A program made the position numbers and the translations under genes. The notes under the pieces are model-generated. The model was not told where the DNA came from, ran no database searches, and worked only from the letters and a program-made list of their open reading frames with translations. From Squalus acanthias (taxonomy: Eukaryota), in assembly GCA_030390025.1 (NCBI GenBank), contig CM059449.1, forward strand, positions 13,826,001-13,890,000: DNA of 64,000 nucleotides. Direction: 5' to 3'. Of the stretch, positions 36,622 to 50,200 are shown piece after piece (within the stretch, counting starts at the first letter, position 1; each line of letters starts with the position of its first letter).

Positions 36622-39600
36622 CTGTGAATTTTTAGTGTCCATATGCAGCACTCTCACATCTGAGTCGGGAGGCTGTTGGCCCAACTCCAGAAACTTGAAC
36701 ACCAAAATCTCGGTAGCAGATTCAGAGGAACATATGGAACAGGAGTCAGCCAGCCTGTTCCGCCATTCAGTGAGATCGTGGCTGATCTGTGACCTCACTC
36801 CATATACCCACCTTTGGCCCATATCCCTTAATCCCTTTGGTTAACAAAAATCTATCAATCTCCGATTTTAAAATAACAATTGATCTCGCATCAATTGCCA
36901 TTTGTGGAAGAGAGTTCCAAACTTCTACTACCCTTTGTGTGTAGAAGTGTTTCCGAATTCCACTCCTGAAAGGTCCAGCTCTAATTGTAAGACTATGCTC
37001 CCTATTCCTAGAATTTTTTCCAATAATTTTCCCACAACCGAGGTTAGGCTGACTGGCCTGTAATTACTCAGTCTATCCCTTTCTCCCTTTTTAAACAATG
37101 GTACCACATTAGCAGTCCTCCAGTCCTCCGGCGCCACACCTGTCGTCCGAGAGGATTGGAAAATGATGGTCAGAGCCTCTGCTATTTCCTCTCTTCCTTC
37201 TCTTAACAGCCTGGGATACATTTCATCCGGGCCTGGGGATTTATCCACTTTCAAAGGTGCTTAACCCCTTAATACTTCCTCTTTCACTATGTTTATTTCA
37301 TCTAATATTTCACACTCTTCCTCCCTGATTGTAATTTCTGCATCGTTCCTCTCTTTTGTGAAAACAGACACAAAGTATTCATTAAGAACCATACCCATGT
37401 CTTCCACCTCCACACACAGGTTACCTTTATGGTCCCTAATAGGCCCTACTCTTACTTTAGTTCTCCTCTTGCTCTTAATGTATTTATAAAACATCTTTGG
37501 ATTTTCCTTGATTTTACTTGCCAATATTTGTTTATGCCTAATTTCCGTTTAATTTCCCCCTGCACTTTCTATACTCCTCTATGGTTTCAGCAGTATTGAG
37601 CCCTCGGTAACAGTCATAAGGTTCCCTTTTTTTCTTTATCCTTCTCAGTATGCCCCTTGACATCCAGGGAGCTCTAGATTTGTTAGTCCCAACCCTTTTC
37701 ATTCAGGGAACCTACTATCTCCTCCTTGAGTGCCTCCTATTGCTCTGACACTGATTTAATTTCAAGTTTCTGTCTCCAGTCCACTTTGGCTAAATCACAT
37801 CTCAGCTTAGTAAAATTAGCTTTTCCCCAATTGAGAACTTTTATTCCTGGCCTAACCTTGTCATTTTCCATAACTACGCTAAATCTAACTGAATTATGAT
37901 CAATACCACCAATATGCTTTCCCACTGATACCCTTTCCACCTGCCCCGCTTCATTCCCTAAAATTAGGTCCAGAACCGCCCCCTCTCTTGTTGTGCTTAC
38001 TACGTACTGGCTAAAGTTCTCCTGAATGCATTTTAAGAATTCTGCTCCCTCTATACTTTGCACACACTATTTTTATCCCAGTTAATATTAGGGAATTTGA
38101 AATCCCATAATATTACTGCCCTAATTTTGCACGTCTCGGAAAATTGCCTACATTTTTTTGCTTTTTTTGATATATGTAAATGACCTGGATATTGGAATAC
38201 AGAGTAGAATTTCTAAATTTCTAAATCATCCTTGTAAACCTTCTCTGCACCATATCCAGTGCCTCTATATCCTTTTTATAATTTGGCGACCAGAACTGCA
38301 CACAGTACTCCAAGTGTGGTCTGACCAAGGTTCGATACAAGTTTAGCATAACTTCCCAACTTTTCAATTCTATCCCTCTAGAAATAAACCCTAGTGCTTG
38401 GTTTGCTTTTTTATGGCCTGTGTCGCAACTTTTAGCAACGTTAAATTCACCCGCCTTTGTCCTTTATTGGTGCAACAAAAAGTTCTTGTGGTTACCCACT
38501 CCACCAACTAGCCAGGAGATTTTTTTTAAGTGCATCAGCTCGCCCAAGCCCTTTTCAAAGTGGAAATCCAATAATGACAAACTGTCACCGTCACCGATAT
38601 AATTTGGGAACTGGTGGGTCGCTGCAGTGAATTGGGAGATTTCAATCCAACAGCAAAATTCAGATTCGTTGTAGCGCAAGGCAGCGAAGAGGCCGTGGTT
38701 TGTTTCTCGACTCAGCTCCTGGATGGAATTCACGTGCAACCATCGAGTGAATAAATAACTCAAGAAAGTTGTATTTCGATTTACTTTAATCATGGTGTGC
38801 AGAGCGTGTTCAATCTGTGCACGTTTCTATTGGAATGGCATGGGCCTCAATACAATGGGTTTAATGAGGTTACCGTAAACAAACCTATGTTGAGCCGATA
38901 AACTATAATTCAACGTGGACAAACTGATAAATTCAAAGCAGCAATGTGTTATTGTTGGTTTCCATACATCTTTGTGGATTTCAGAGAATCGCTGATTGGT
39001 GGCAGAATCCCAAGTGTTGTGCAGTGGAAGTATGTGTTTTGTCACGCTAGTGCTTAGTCAGGTACACCTCGATATCTTTTACTTCTTGTTTCAACATTAG
39101 AAGTGAGGCAGATGATCAGTTACGTAACAATATTAACAAACAGAATTGATACCTATCAATCGCTTATGGTTCCCTAACAATGGTTTTTTCTATTGTTATT
39201 CGAATTAGGTTAGCCTAGGTTATATACTACTAGCCCAGAAAGCTTAACAGGCAGCAAGAAGCTGTCCCTAACATTGTTGATGAACACAAAGCTTAAAGCG
39301 AAATTATGCATTGCCACTCGAAATATTAATCTTTCTCGGTCAGCTGCTGACTGAAACAGAACTTTTTCTACTTGCGAAATATATATATATACCGTTGCCA
39401 AAATTTCTACAAAAGCAAAACACTGCGGTTGCTGGAAATCTGAAATAAAAACAGAAAATGCTGGAAATGCTCAGCATTTCAGGCAGCGTCTGTGCAGAGA
39501 GAAACAGAGTTAACGTTTCAGCTCGTTGACCTTTCGTCAGAACTGGAAACAGTTAGAGATGTAACAGATTTTAAGCAAGTGTAGGGGCAGGGAAAGGGGG

Positions 39601-40029
39601 GTAGAACAAAAGGGAAGGTCTGTGATAGGGTGGAAGGCGGGAGAGATTAAAAGACAAAAGGGATAATGGTGCAAGGCAAAAGGAGATGGTAATGGGACAA
39701 GTAAAGAAAGCTGTAATTGGGAATGTCAGAATCATCAACAGCTGCCATGTGAAAAATAGGGGCAGAGGTTGTGGTCTGGAATTGTTGATCTCCTCCGCAC
39801 TGTGGTTGTCTACTTTTCAGTTACTTCGAGTTCAACAACTTCAGACCTAACCTCTGCCAGTATTTCCAGTATTTTCTGTTTTAATGCCAAAATGTCTTAT
39901 TTGTCCGTACAATTTCTAAATCTATAAGAATGCCACGTAAATGATTCGCTTGAACGCCCGTGTTGAACTAAATCTATAATATAAAGCCATACAGTGTTTT
40001 GTGTCCAGGTGTGCAGCATTTGCCCAGTG

Positions 40030-40102
40030 GCCCCAGTGGCCTAATGGATAAGGCACTGGCCTCCTAAGCCAGGGATTCTGGGTTCGAATCCCAGCTGGGG
40101 TG
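40030..40102 (+). tRNA. tRNA-Arg-CCT: tRNA-Arg(CCT), intact
   Basis: Identical to the 33078 copy. Confidence 0.95.
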
Positions 40103-43100
40103 CTGTGAATTTTTAGTGTCCATATGCAGCACTCTCACGTCTGAGTCGGGAGGCTGTTGGCCCAACTCCAGAAACTTGAACACCAAAATCTCGGTAGCAG
40201 ATTCATAGGAACATATGGAACAGGAGTCAGCCAGCCTGTTCCGCCATTCAGTGAGATCGTGGCTGATCTGTGACCTCACTCCATATACCCACCTTTGGCC
40301 CATATCCCTTAATCCCTTTGGTTAACAAAAATCTATCAATCTCCGATTTTAAAATAACAATTGATCTCGCATCAATTGCCATTTGTGGAAGAGAGTTCCA
40401 AACTTCTACTACCCTTTGTGTGTAGAAGTGTTTCCGAATTCCACTCCTGAAAGGTCCAGCTCTAATTGTAAGACTATGCTCCCTATTCCTAGAATTTTTT
40501 CCAATAATTTTCCCACAACCGAGGTTAGGCTGACTGGCCTGTAATTACTCAGTCTATCCCTTTCTCCCTTTTTAAACAATGGTACCACATTAGCAGTCCT
40601 CCAGTCCTCCGGCGCCACACCTGTCGTCCGAGAGGATTGGAAAATGATGGTCAGAGCCTCTGCTATTTCCTCTCTTCCTTCTCTTAACAGCCTGGGATAC
40701 ATTTCATCCGGGCCTGGGGATTTATCCACTTTCAAAGGTGCTTAACCCCTTAATACTTCCTCTTTCACTATGTTTATTTCATCTAATATTTCACACTCTT
40801 CCTCCCTGATTGTAATTTCTGCATCGTTCCTCTCTTTTGTGAAAACAGACACAAAGTATTCATTAAGAACCATACCCATGTCTTCCACCTCCACACACAG
40901 GTTACCTTTATGGTCCCTAATAGGCCCTACTCTTACTTTAGTTCTCCTCTTGCTCTTAATGTTTTTATAAAACATCTTTGGGTTTTCCTTGATTTTACTT
41001 GCCAATATTTGTTTATGCCTAATTTCCGTTTAATTTCCCCCTGCACTTTCTATACTCCTCTATGGTTTCAGCAGTATTGAGCCCTCGGTAACAGTCATAA
41101 GGTTCCCTTTTTTTCTTTATCCTTCTCAGTATGCCCCTTGACATCCAGGGAGCTCTAGATTTGTTAGTCCCAACCCTTTTCATTAAGGGAACCTACTATC
41201 TCCTCCTTGAGTGCCTCCTATTGCTCTGACACTGATTTAATTTCAAGTTTCTGTCTCCAGTCCACTTTGGCTAAATCACATCTCAGCTTAGTAAAATTAG
41301 CTTTTCCCCAATTGAGAACTTTTATTCCTGGCCTAACCTTGTCCTTTTCCATAACTACGCTAAATCTAACTGAATTATGATCAATACCACCAATATGCTT
41401 TCCCACTGATACCCTTTCCACCTGCCCCGCTTCATTCCCTAAAATTAGGTCCAGAACCGCCCCCTCTCTTGTTGTGCTTACTACGTACTGGCTAAAAAAG
41501 TTCTCCTGAATGCATTTTAAGAATTCTGCTCCCTCTATACTTTGCACACACTATTTTTATCCCAGTTAATATTAGGGAATTTGAAATCCCATAATATTAC
41601 TGCCCTAATTTTGCACGTCTCGGAAAATTGCCTACATTTTTTTGCTTTTTTTGATATATGTAAATGACCTGGATATTGGAATACAGAGTAGAATTTCTAA
41701 ATTTCTAAATCATCCTTGTAAACCTTCTCTGCACCATATCCAGTGCCTCTATATCCTTTTTATAATTTGGCGACCAGAACTGCACACAGTACTCCAAGTG
41801 TGGTCTGACCAAGGTTCGATACAAGTTTAGCATAACTTCCCAACTTTTCAATTCTATCCCTCTAGAAATAAACCCTAGTGCTTGGTTTGCTTTTTTATGG
41901 CCTGTGTCGCAACTTTTAGCAACGTTAAATTCACCCGCCTTTGTCCTTTATTGGTGCAACAAAAAGTTCTTGTGGTTACCCACTCCACCAACTAGCCAGG
42001 AGATTTTTTTTAAGTGCATCAGCTCGCCCAAGCCCTTTTCAAAGTGGAAATCCAATAATGACAAACTGTCACCGTCACCGATATAATTTGGGAACTGGTG
42101 GGTCGCTGCAGTGAATTGGGAGATTTCAATCCAACAGCAAAATTCAGATTCGTTGTAGCGCAAGGCAGCGAAGAGGCCGTGGTTTGTTTCTCGACTCAGC
42201 TCCTGGATGGAATTCACGTGCAACCATCGAGTGAATAAATAACTCAAGAAAGTTGTATTTCGATTTACTTTAATCATGGTGTGCAGAGCGTGTTCAATCT
42301 GTGCACGTTTCTATTGGAATGGCATGGGCCTCAATACAATGGGTTTAATGAGGTTACCGTAAACAAACCTATGTTGAGCCGATAAACTATAATTCAACGT
42401 GGACAAACTGATAAATTCAAAGCAGCAATGTGTTATTGTTGGTTTCCATACATCTTTGTGGATTTCAGAGAATCGCTGATTGGTGGCAGAATCCCAAGGG
42501 TTGTGCAGTGGAAGTATGTGTTTTGTCACGCTAGTGCTTAGTCAGGTACACCTCGATATCTTTTACTTCTTGTTTCAACATTAGAAGTGAGGCAGATGAT
42601 CAGTTACGTAACAATATTAACAAACAGAATTGATACCTATCAATCGCTTATGGTTCCCTAACAATGGTTTTTTCTATTGTTATTCGAATTAGGTTAGCCT
42701 AGGTTATATACTACTAGCCCAGAAAGCTTAACAGGCAGCAAGAAGCTGTCCCTAACATTGTTGATGAACACAAAGCTTAAAGCGAAATTATGCATTGCCA
42801 CTCGAAATATTAATCTTTCTCGGTCAGCTGCTGACTGAAACAGAACTTTTTCTACTTGCGAAATATATATATATACCGTTGCCAAAATTTCTACAAAAGC
42901 AAAACACTGCGGTTGCTGGAAATCTGAAATAAAAACAGAAAATGCTGGAAATGCTCAGCATTTCAGGCAGCGTCTGTGCAGAGAGAAACAGAGTTAACGT
43001 TTCAGGTCGTTGACCTTTCGTCAGAACTGGAAACAGTCAGAGATGTAACAGATTTTAATCAAGTGTAGGGGCAGGGAAAGGGGGGAAGAACAAAAGGGAA

Positions 43101-43513
43101 GGTCTGTGATAGGGTGGAAGGCGGGAGAGATTAAAAGACAAAAGGGATAATGGTGCAAGGCAAAAGGAGATGGTAATGGGACAAGTAAAGAAAGCTGTAA
43201 ATGGGAATGTCAGAATCATCAACAGCTGCCGTGTGAAAAAATAGTGGCAGAGGTTGTGGTCTGGAATTGTCGATCTCCTTGCACTGTGGTTGTCTACTTT
43301 TCATTTACTTCGAGTTGAACAACTTCAGACATAACCTCTGCCAGTATTTCCATCGTTTTCTGTTTTAATGCCAAAATGACTTATTTGTCCGTACAATTTC
43401 TAAATCTATAAGAATACCACGGAAATAATTCACTTGAATACCTGTGTTGCAATAATTCTATGATAGAAAGCCATACTGTGCTTTGTGTCCAGGGGTAGAG
43501 TGCGCCTATAGTG

Positions 43514-43586
43514 GCCCCAGTGATCTAATGGGTAAAGCACTCGCCTTGTAAATCTAGAGTTTTGGGTTCGAGTCCCAGCTGGTGTG
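43514..43586 (+). pseudogene. tRNA-Arg-derived pseudogene (anticodon decayed to TGT)
   Basis: Same flanks as the other copies. D and anticodon stems are broken. Confidence 0.8.
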
Positions 43587-43704
43587 ATGTGAAACTTTAG
43601 TGTCAGAGTGGATCAATGGGTAACATTCTCACCTCTGGGTTCGAAAGCTGTTGGTCCCACGACAGAAACTTGAGCGCAAAAATCTCGGCAGCAGAGTCAG
43701 AGTT

Positions 43705-45995
43705 TCATCGGAACAGGAGTCGGCCTTTCAGCCCCTCGAGCCTGTTCCAACCATTCAATGAGATAGTTACCTGATATTTGACCTTACTCCATATACCCAT
43801 CTTTGGCCCATATCCCTTCATACCTTTGGTTAACAAAAATCTATCAATCTCTGATTTAAAATTAACAATTGAACCAGCATCAATTGGCGTTTGCAGAAGA
43901 GAGTTCCAAAATTCTACCACCCTTTTTTCTGTAGAAGTGTTTCCTAATTCCACTCCTGAAAGATACAGATTTAATTTATAAACTATGCCCCCTCGTCCTA
44001 GAATTATTTCCAATAATTTTCAAACCATCGAGGTTAGGCTGACTGGGCTGTAATTATTCGGTCTATCCTTTTCTCCCATTTTAAACAATGGTACGACGTT
44101 AGCAGCCCTCCAGTCTTCCGGCAACACATCTGCAGCCCAAGAGGATTGGAAAATGATGGTCAGAGCCTCTGCTGTTTCCTCTCTTACTTCTCTTAACAGT
44201 CTGGGATACATTTCATCCGGGCCTGGGGATTTATCCACTTTCAAAGATGCTAAACCCCTTAACACCTCCTCTCTCACTATGTTTATTTCATCTAATATTT
44301 CACGCTCTTCCTCCCTGATTGCAATTTTTGCATTGTCCCTCTCTTTTGTGAAAACAGACACAAATTATTCATTAAGAACCATACCCATGCCTTTCGCCTC
44401 CACAAACAGGTTACCTTTATGGTCCCTAATAGGCCCTACTCTTACGTTAGTTATCCTATTGCTCTTAATGCATTTGTAAAACATCTTTTGATTTTCCTTG
44501 AATTTATTTGCCACTATTTGTTCATGCTCTCTCTTTGCTTGCATAATTTCCGTTTTAATTTCCCTTTGCACTTTCTATATTCCTCTATGGTTTCTGAAGT
44601 ATTGAACCTTCGGTATCAGTCATAAGATTCCCTTTTTTTCGTTATCCTTCCCTGTATGCCCTTTGACATCCAGGGAATTCTAGATTTGTTAGTCCCACCC
44701 TTTTTCTTTAAGGGGACATACTTGCTCTGAACCCTCACTATCCCCTCCTTGAATGCCTCCCACATCTCTGACACTGATTTACCTTCAAGTTTCTGTCTCC
44801 AGTCCACTTTGGCTAAATCACATCTCAGCTTAGTAAAATTAGCTGTTCCCCAATTGATAACTTTTTTTCTTGGTCTAACCGTGTCCTTTTCCATAACTAC
44901 GCTAAATGTAACTGAATTATGATCAATACCACCAATATGCTCTCCCACTGATGCCCTTTCTACCAGCCCAACTTCATTCCCTAAAACTAGTTCCAGAACC
45001 GCCCCCTCTCGTGTTGGGTTGCTACGTACTGGCAAAAAAAGTTCTCCTGAATGCATTTTAAGAATTCTGCTCCTTCTATACTCATCACACTAATTTTATA
45101 CCAGTTAATATTAGGGAAGTTGAAATACCCTAATATTACTGCCCTATTTTTACACTTCTCAGAATTGTGCCTACATATTTGCTCTTCTATCTCCCTCTGA
45201 CTGTTTGGGGGTCAATAGTACACTCCCAGAATATGATTGCCCCTTTTTTGCTTTTCAGTTCAACCCATATGGCCTCGTTGGATGATCCTTCTAAGATATC
45301 ACCCCTCCCAGTGGCCTAACCGAGTAACCAGGAGTGTTGAGCTGCCATTCCTACCCTTCTTTCAGCCATGTCTCAGTAATAGCTATAATATCATACTCCC
45401 ACGTGTCTATCTGTGCCCTCGGCTCATTTGCTTTATTCCCTAGACTCCTTGTGTTGAAGTATATCTCATTTAGCACTGCCAAACTCCCTTGTTGTCTATT
45501 TTCTAGCCTTTGTTTCCTCTGCCTTCCAAACTGGCTTACTAATTTTCTGCCTTCAATTTCCAGCTTTGCTTCTCTCTCTTCTGAATCTACTCTCAGGGTC
45601 CCACCCCCCTGCCAAGCTGGATTAAACCCTCCCCAAAAGCATTAGCAATGCCCACACCCCGCGAGGATATTGGTCCCGGTCTTGTTGAGATGCAACCCTT
45701 CCGGCTTGTACAAGTCCCACCTCCCCTAAAAACGGTCCCAATGCCTCAGGAATCTCAAGCCCTCCCTCCTGCGCCATCTCTCCAGCCATGCATTCATCTG
45801 CTCTATCCTCCTATTCCTGTACTCACTAGCACGTGGCACCGGGAGTAATCCGGAGATTACTACCTTTGAGGTCCTGCTTTTTAATCTCTTTCCTAGCTCC
45901 CTAAAATCTGCCTGCAGGACCTCATCCCTCTTTCTACCTATGTCGTTGGTACCAATATGGACCACGACCTCTGACTGTTCACCCTCCCCCCTCAG
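43705..45995 (-). mobile_element. Long CR1 copy (ORF1 esterase, endonuclease remnant, RT N-terminus fused to the 3' end)
   Basis: VHIGTNDIG, PTREGAVLELVLGNE and KSPGPDEMYPRLL. Same internal deletion junction as the other cassette copies. Confidence 0.9.
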
Positions 45996-46221
45996 AATGG
46001 CTTATATTGGATGTTTGCAGTAACTTCGAGTTCCACTTTTTCAGACCATAACCTCTGCCAGTATTTCCAGCATTTTCTGTTTTAATGCCAAAATGTCTTA
46101 TTTCTCCGTACATTTTCTAAATTTTCAAGAATGCCACGTCAATAATTCACTCGAATACCTGTGTTGCAATAATTCTATAATAGAAAGCCATACTGTGCTT
46201 TGTACCTAAGCGTGGGGAGTG

Positions 46222-46294
46222 TGTCCCGTGGCCTAATGGATAAAGCATTGGCTTTCTAAGCCGCGGCTCGTGGGTTCGAGTCTCAGCTGGGGTG
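46222..46294 (+). pseudogene. tRNA-Arg pseudogene (anticodon TCT)
   Basis: Positional paralog of the 587 copy. Acceptor and anticodon stems are disrupted. Confidence 0.8.
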
Positions 46295-46419
46295 TGAAAT
46301 TTTAGTGTTAGCCGTGGATCAATGGGGAACACTCTCACCCCTGGGTCAGAAGGCTGTTGGTCCCACTCCAAAAAATTGAGCACAAAAGTCTCCGCAGCAG
46401 ATTCAGAGATTCAGAGTTT

Positions 46420-48590
46420 CATCGGAACAGGAGTCGGCCTTTCAGCCCCTCGAGCCTGTTCCACCATTCAATGAGATAGAGGCTGATCTGCGACATAACT
46501 CATATGCCCATAACAATTGATCCAGCATCAATTGCTGTTTGCGGAAGAGAGTTCCAAACTTCTAACACCCTTTATGTGTAGAACTGTTTCCTAATTTCAC
46601 TCCAGAAAGATCTGGCTTTAATTTTTAGACAATGCCCCCTAGTCCAAGAATTATTTCCAATAATTTTCCCACCACCGAGGTTAGGCTGACTGACCTGTAA
46701 TTACTTGGTCTATCCCATTCACCCTTTTGAAACAAGGGTACCACGTTAGCAGCACTCCAGTCACCCGGCACCACAGCTGTAGCAGGAGCGGATTGGAAAA
46801 TGATGGTCAGAGCCTCTGCTATTTCCTCTCTTACTTCACTTAACAGTCTGGGACACATTTCATCCGGGCCTGGGGATTTATCTAATTTCAAAAATACTTA
46901 ACCCCTTAATACTTCCTCTTTCACGATGTTTATTTCATCTAATATTTCACACACCTCCTCCCTGATTGTAATTTCTGCATCGCCCCTCTCTTTTGGGAAA
47001 ACAGACACAAAGTATTCATTGTGAACAATACCCATGTCTTCTGCCTCCATACACAGGTTACCTTTATGGTCCCTAATAGGCCCTACTCTTACTTTTAGTT
47101 ATCCTCTTGCTCTAAATGTATTTAAAAAACATCTTTGTGTTTTCCTTGATTTTACTTGCCAAATTTTTCAATGCCCTCTCTTTGCTTTCCTTACTTCCTT
47201 TTTAGTTTCCCCCTGCACTTTCTATACTCCTCTAGGGTTTCTGCAGTATTGAGCCCTATTTATCTGTCATCAGCTTCCCTTTAGTTCTTTATAAAAAAAA
47301 TAAACAAGAAAGACTTCTATTTATATAGTCTTGCATTTACATTTATCCTTCCCTGCTCTGACATTGATTTATCTTCAAGTTTCTGTCTCCAGTCCACTTT
47401 GGCTAAATCACATCTCAGCTTAGTAAAATTAGCTTTTCCCCATTTGAGCACTTTTATTCCTGGTCTATTCTTGTCTTTTCCCATAACTAAGCTAAGTCTA
47501 ACTGAATTATGATTACTACCACCAATATGCTCTCTCACTGATACCCGTTCCACCTGCCCAGCTTCATTCCATAAAACATCGTCCAGAACAGGGTTGGGCT
47601 TAGGACACTGCCCTGAGGAACTCCTGTAGCGATGTCCTGGGGCTGTGATGATTGACCTTCAACCACCACAACCATCTTCCTTTGAGTTCGGTATGACTCC
47701 AGCCAGTGGAGAGTTTTCCCCCCGATTCCCATTGACTTCAGTTTTACTCGGGCACCTTGATGCCAAACCCGGTCAAATGCTGCCTTGATATCAAGGGCTG
47801 TCACTCTCACCTCACCTCTGAAATTCAGCTCCTTTGTCCATGTTTGGGCCAAGGCTGTAATAAGGTCGGGAGACGAGTGGTAATGGTGGAACCCAAACTG
47901 GGCATCAGTGAGCAGGTTATTGGTAAGTAAGTGCCACTTGATAGCACTGTTGATGATACCTTCCATTACTTTGCTGATGATTGAGAGTAGACTGATGGGG
48001 CGGTAATTGGCCGGATTGTATTTGTCCTGCTTTTTATGGACTGGACGTACCTAGGCATTTAGCACAGCCAAACTCCCTTGTTGTCGATTTTCTAGTCTTT
48101 GTATCCTCTGCTTCCAAACTCGCTTACTAATTTTCTGCCTTCCATTTCCAGCTTTGCTTCTCTCCCTACTGAATCTACTCTCAGGTTCCCATCCCCCTGC
48201 CAAGCTGGTTTAAACCCTCCCCAACAGCACTATCAATTACCCCCACCCCACGGGAGGATATTGGCCCTAGTCCTGTTAACGTGCAACCCGTGAGGGTTGT
48301 ACAGGTCCCACCTGCCCCAGAAACGGTCCCAATGCCTCAGAAGTCTAAAGTCCCCCGTCCTGCACCACCTCTCCAGCCACGCATTCTTCTGCTCTATCCT
48401 CCTGTTCCTGTTCGCACTAGCACATGGCACCAGGAGTAATCTGGAGATTACTACCTTTGAGGTCCTGCTTTTTAATCTCTTCCTAGCGCCCTAAAATGTG
48501 CCTGCAGGACCTCATCCCTCTTTCTACCTATGTCGTTTGTTCCGATATGGACCACGACCTCTGGCTATTCACCCTCCCCCCTCAGAATGG
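46420..48590 (-). mobile_element. CR1 composite, paralog of 785..3050
   Basis: Same inserted LDIKAAFDRVWHQG fragment and same ORF1 piece. Confidence 0.88.
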
Positions 48591-50200
48591 CTTATATTTG
48601 ATGTTTTCAGTAACTTCCAGTTCAACAGTTTCAGACCATAACCTCTGCCAGTATTTCCAGCATTTTCTGTTTTAATGCCAAAATGTCTTATTTGTCCGTA
48701 CATTTTGTAAATTTATAAGAATGCCACGTAAATAATTCACTTGAACACCCGTGTTGTACTAATTCTATATTATAAATCCATACTGTGCTTTGTGTCCAGG
48801 GGTGGAGAATGTGATGCAATTTCGTATCTGAAGTGAGCAGCGAAGTTACAGAGTTACTGAAAAGTATACAAAAGTAAACAACGGCAGTGCAGAGGAAGCC
48901 TCATGCAACCAGATCAGCTTGCCTTCCATTCAGATTACATAGGATTACATAGGATATACGGCACAGAAACAGGCCATTCGGCCCAACAACTCCATACCGG
49001 CGTTTATGCTCCACATGAGCCTCCTCCGCTTTTTCCTCATCTAAATCTATCAGCGTAACCCTCTATTCCCTTTTCCGTCATATGCTTGTCTAGCCTCCCC
49101 TTAAATGCATCTATACTATTCGCTTCAATCACTCCCTGTGGTAGCGAGTTCCACATTCTCACCACTCTTTGGGTAAAGAAGTTTCTTCTGAATTCCCTAC
49201 TGGATTTCATGGTGACTATCTTATATTGATGGTCTCTAGTTATGATCTTCCCCACAAGTGGAAACATTCTCTCTGCAGCCATTCTATCAACATTTTTCAT
49301 AATTTTAAAGACCTCTATTAGGTCAACCCTCAGCCTTCTTTTTTCAAGTGAAAAGAGATCCAGCCTGTTCATCTTTTCCTGATATGGATACACTCGCTTT
49401 TCTGGTATCGTCATTGGGAATCTTATCTGCACACTCTCCAGTGCCTCTATATCCTGTTTATAATATGGCGGCCAGAACTGCACACAGTACTCTAAGTGTG
49501 GTCCAACCAAGGTTCGATTATTGTTTAGCATAACTACCCTACTTTTCAATTCTATCTCCCTAGAAATAAACCCTAGTGCTTGGTTTGCTTTTTTATGGCC
49601 TGTGTCGCAGCTTTGAGCAACATTCGCATCATCCGCCTTTGTCCTTTATTAGTGCAACAAAAGGTTCTTGTGGTTACCCACTCCACCAACTAGCTAGGAG
49701 ATATTTAAAAAGTGGATCAGCCCGCCCAAGCCCGTTTCAAAGAGGAACTCCAATAATGACAAATAGTCACAATTACCGATATAATTTGGGAACTGCTGGG
49801 TCGTTGCAGTGAATTGGGAGATTGCAATCCAACAGCAAAATTCAGGTTCCTTATAAAGCAAGGCAGCGAAGAGGCCGTGGTTTGTTTCTCGACTCAGCTT
49901 CTGGATGGAATTCACGTGCAACCATCGAGTGAATAAATAATTCAAGAATGATGTATTTCGATTTATTTTAATCACGGTGTACAGGCCATGTTCAATCTGT
50001 GCGCGTTTCTATTGAAGTGCCATGGGCCTCAATACAATGGGTTTAATGAGGTTACCGTAAACAAACCTATGTTGAGCCGATAAACTATAATTCAATATGG
50101 GCTCCCCAAGGTTATTTATATTGTAGTAATGAGGCTGTGAAGCTGTTTTAAAAAATATGCGAATCTAGTCAAGAACACGAGTTCAGACTTGCCGCGTGTG

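Larger units (their letters stand above)
28934..43490 (+). repeat. Young tandem array, ~3.47-3.48 kb unit, about 4.2 copies
   Basis: tRNA starts at 29608, 33078, 36549, 40030 and 43514 (spacings 3470, 3471, 3481, 3484), and identical ORF translations recur. Each unit is Penelope fold-back + tRNA-Arg + SINE head + internally deleted CR1 + unique spacer. Confidence 0.97.

Noticed and set aside
28934-43490. CRISPR-like or rDNA array
   Set aside because: The context is eukaryotic and the units are kb-scale retroelement debris plus a tRNA, with no short repeat-spacer pattern or rRNA sequence.
43514-43586. tRNA-Thr(TGT) arising by anticodon switch
   Set aside because: The anticodon and D stems do not pair, so it is a decayed Arg copy.
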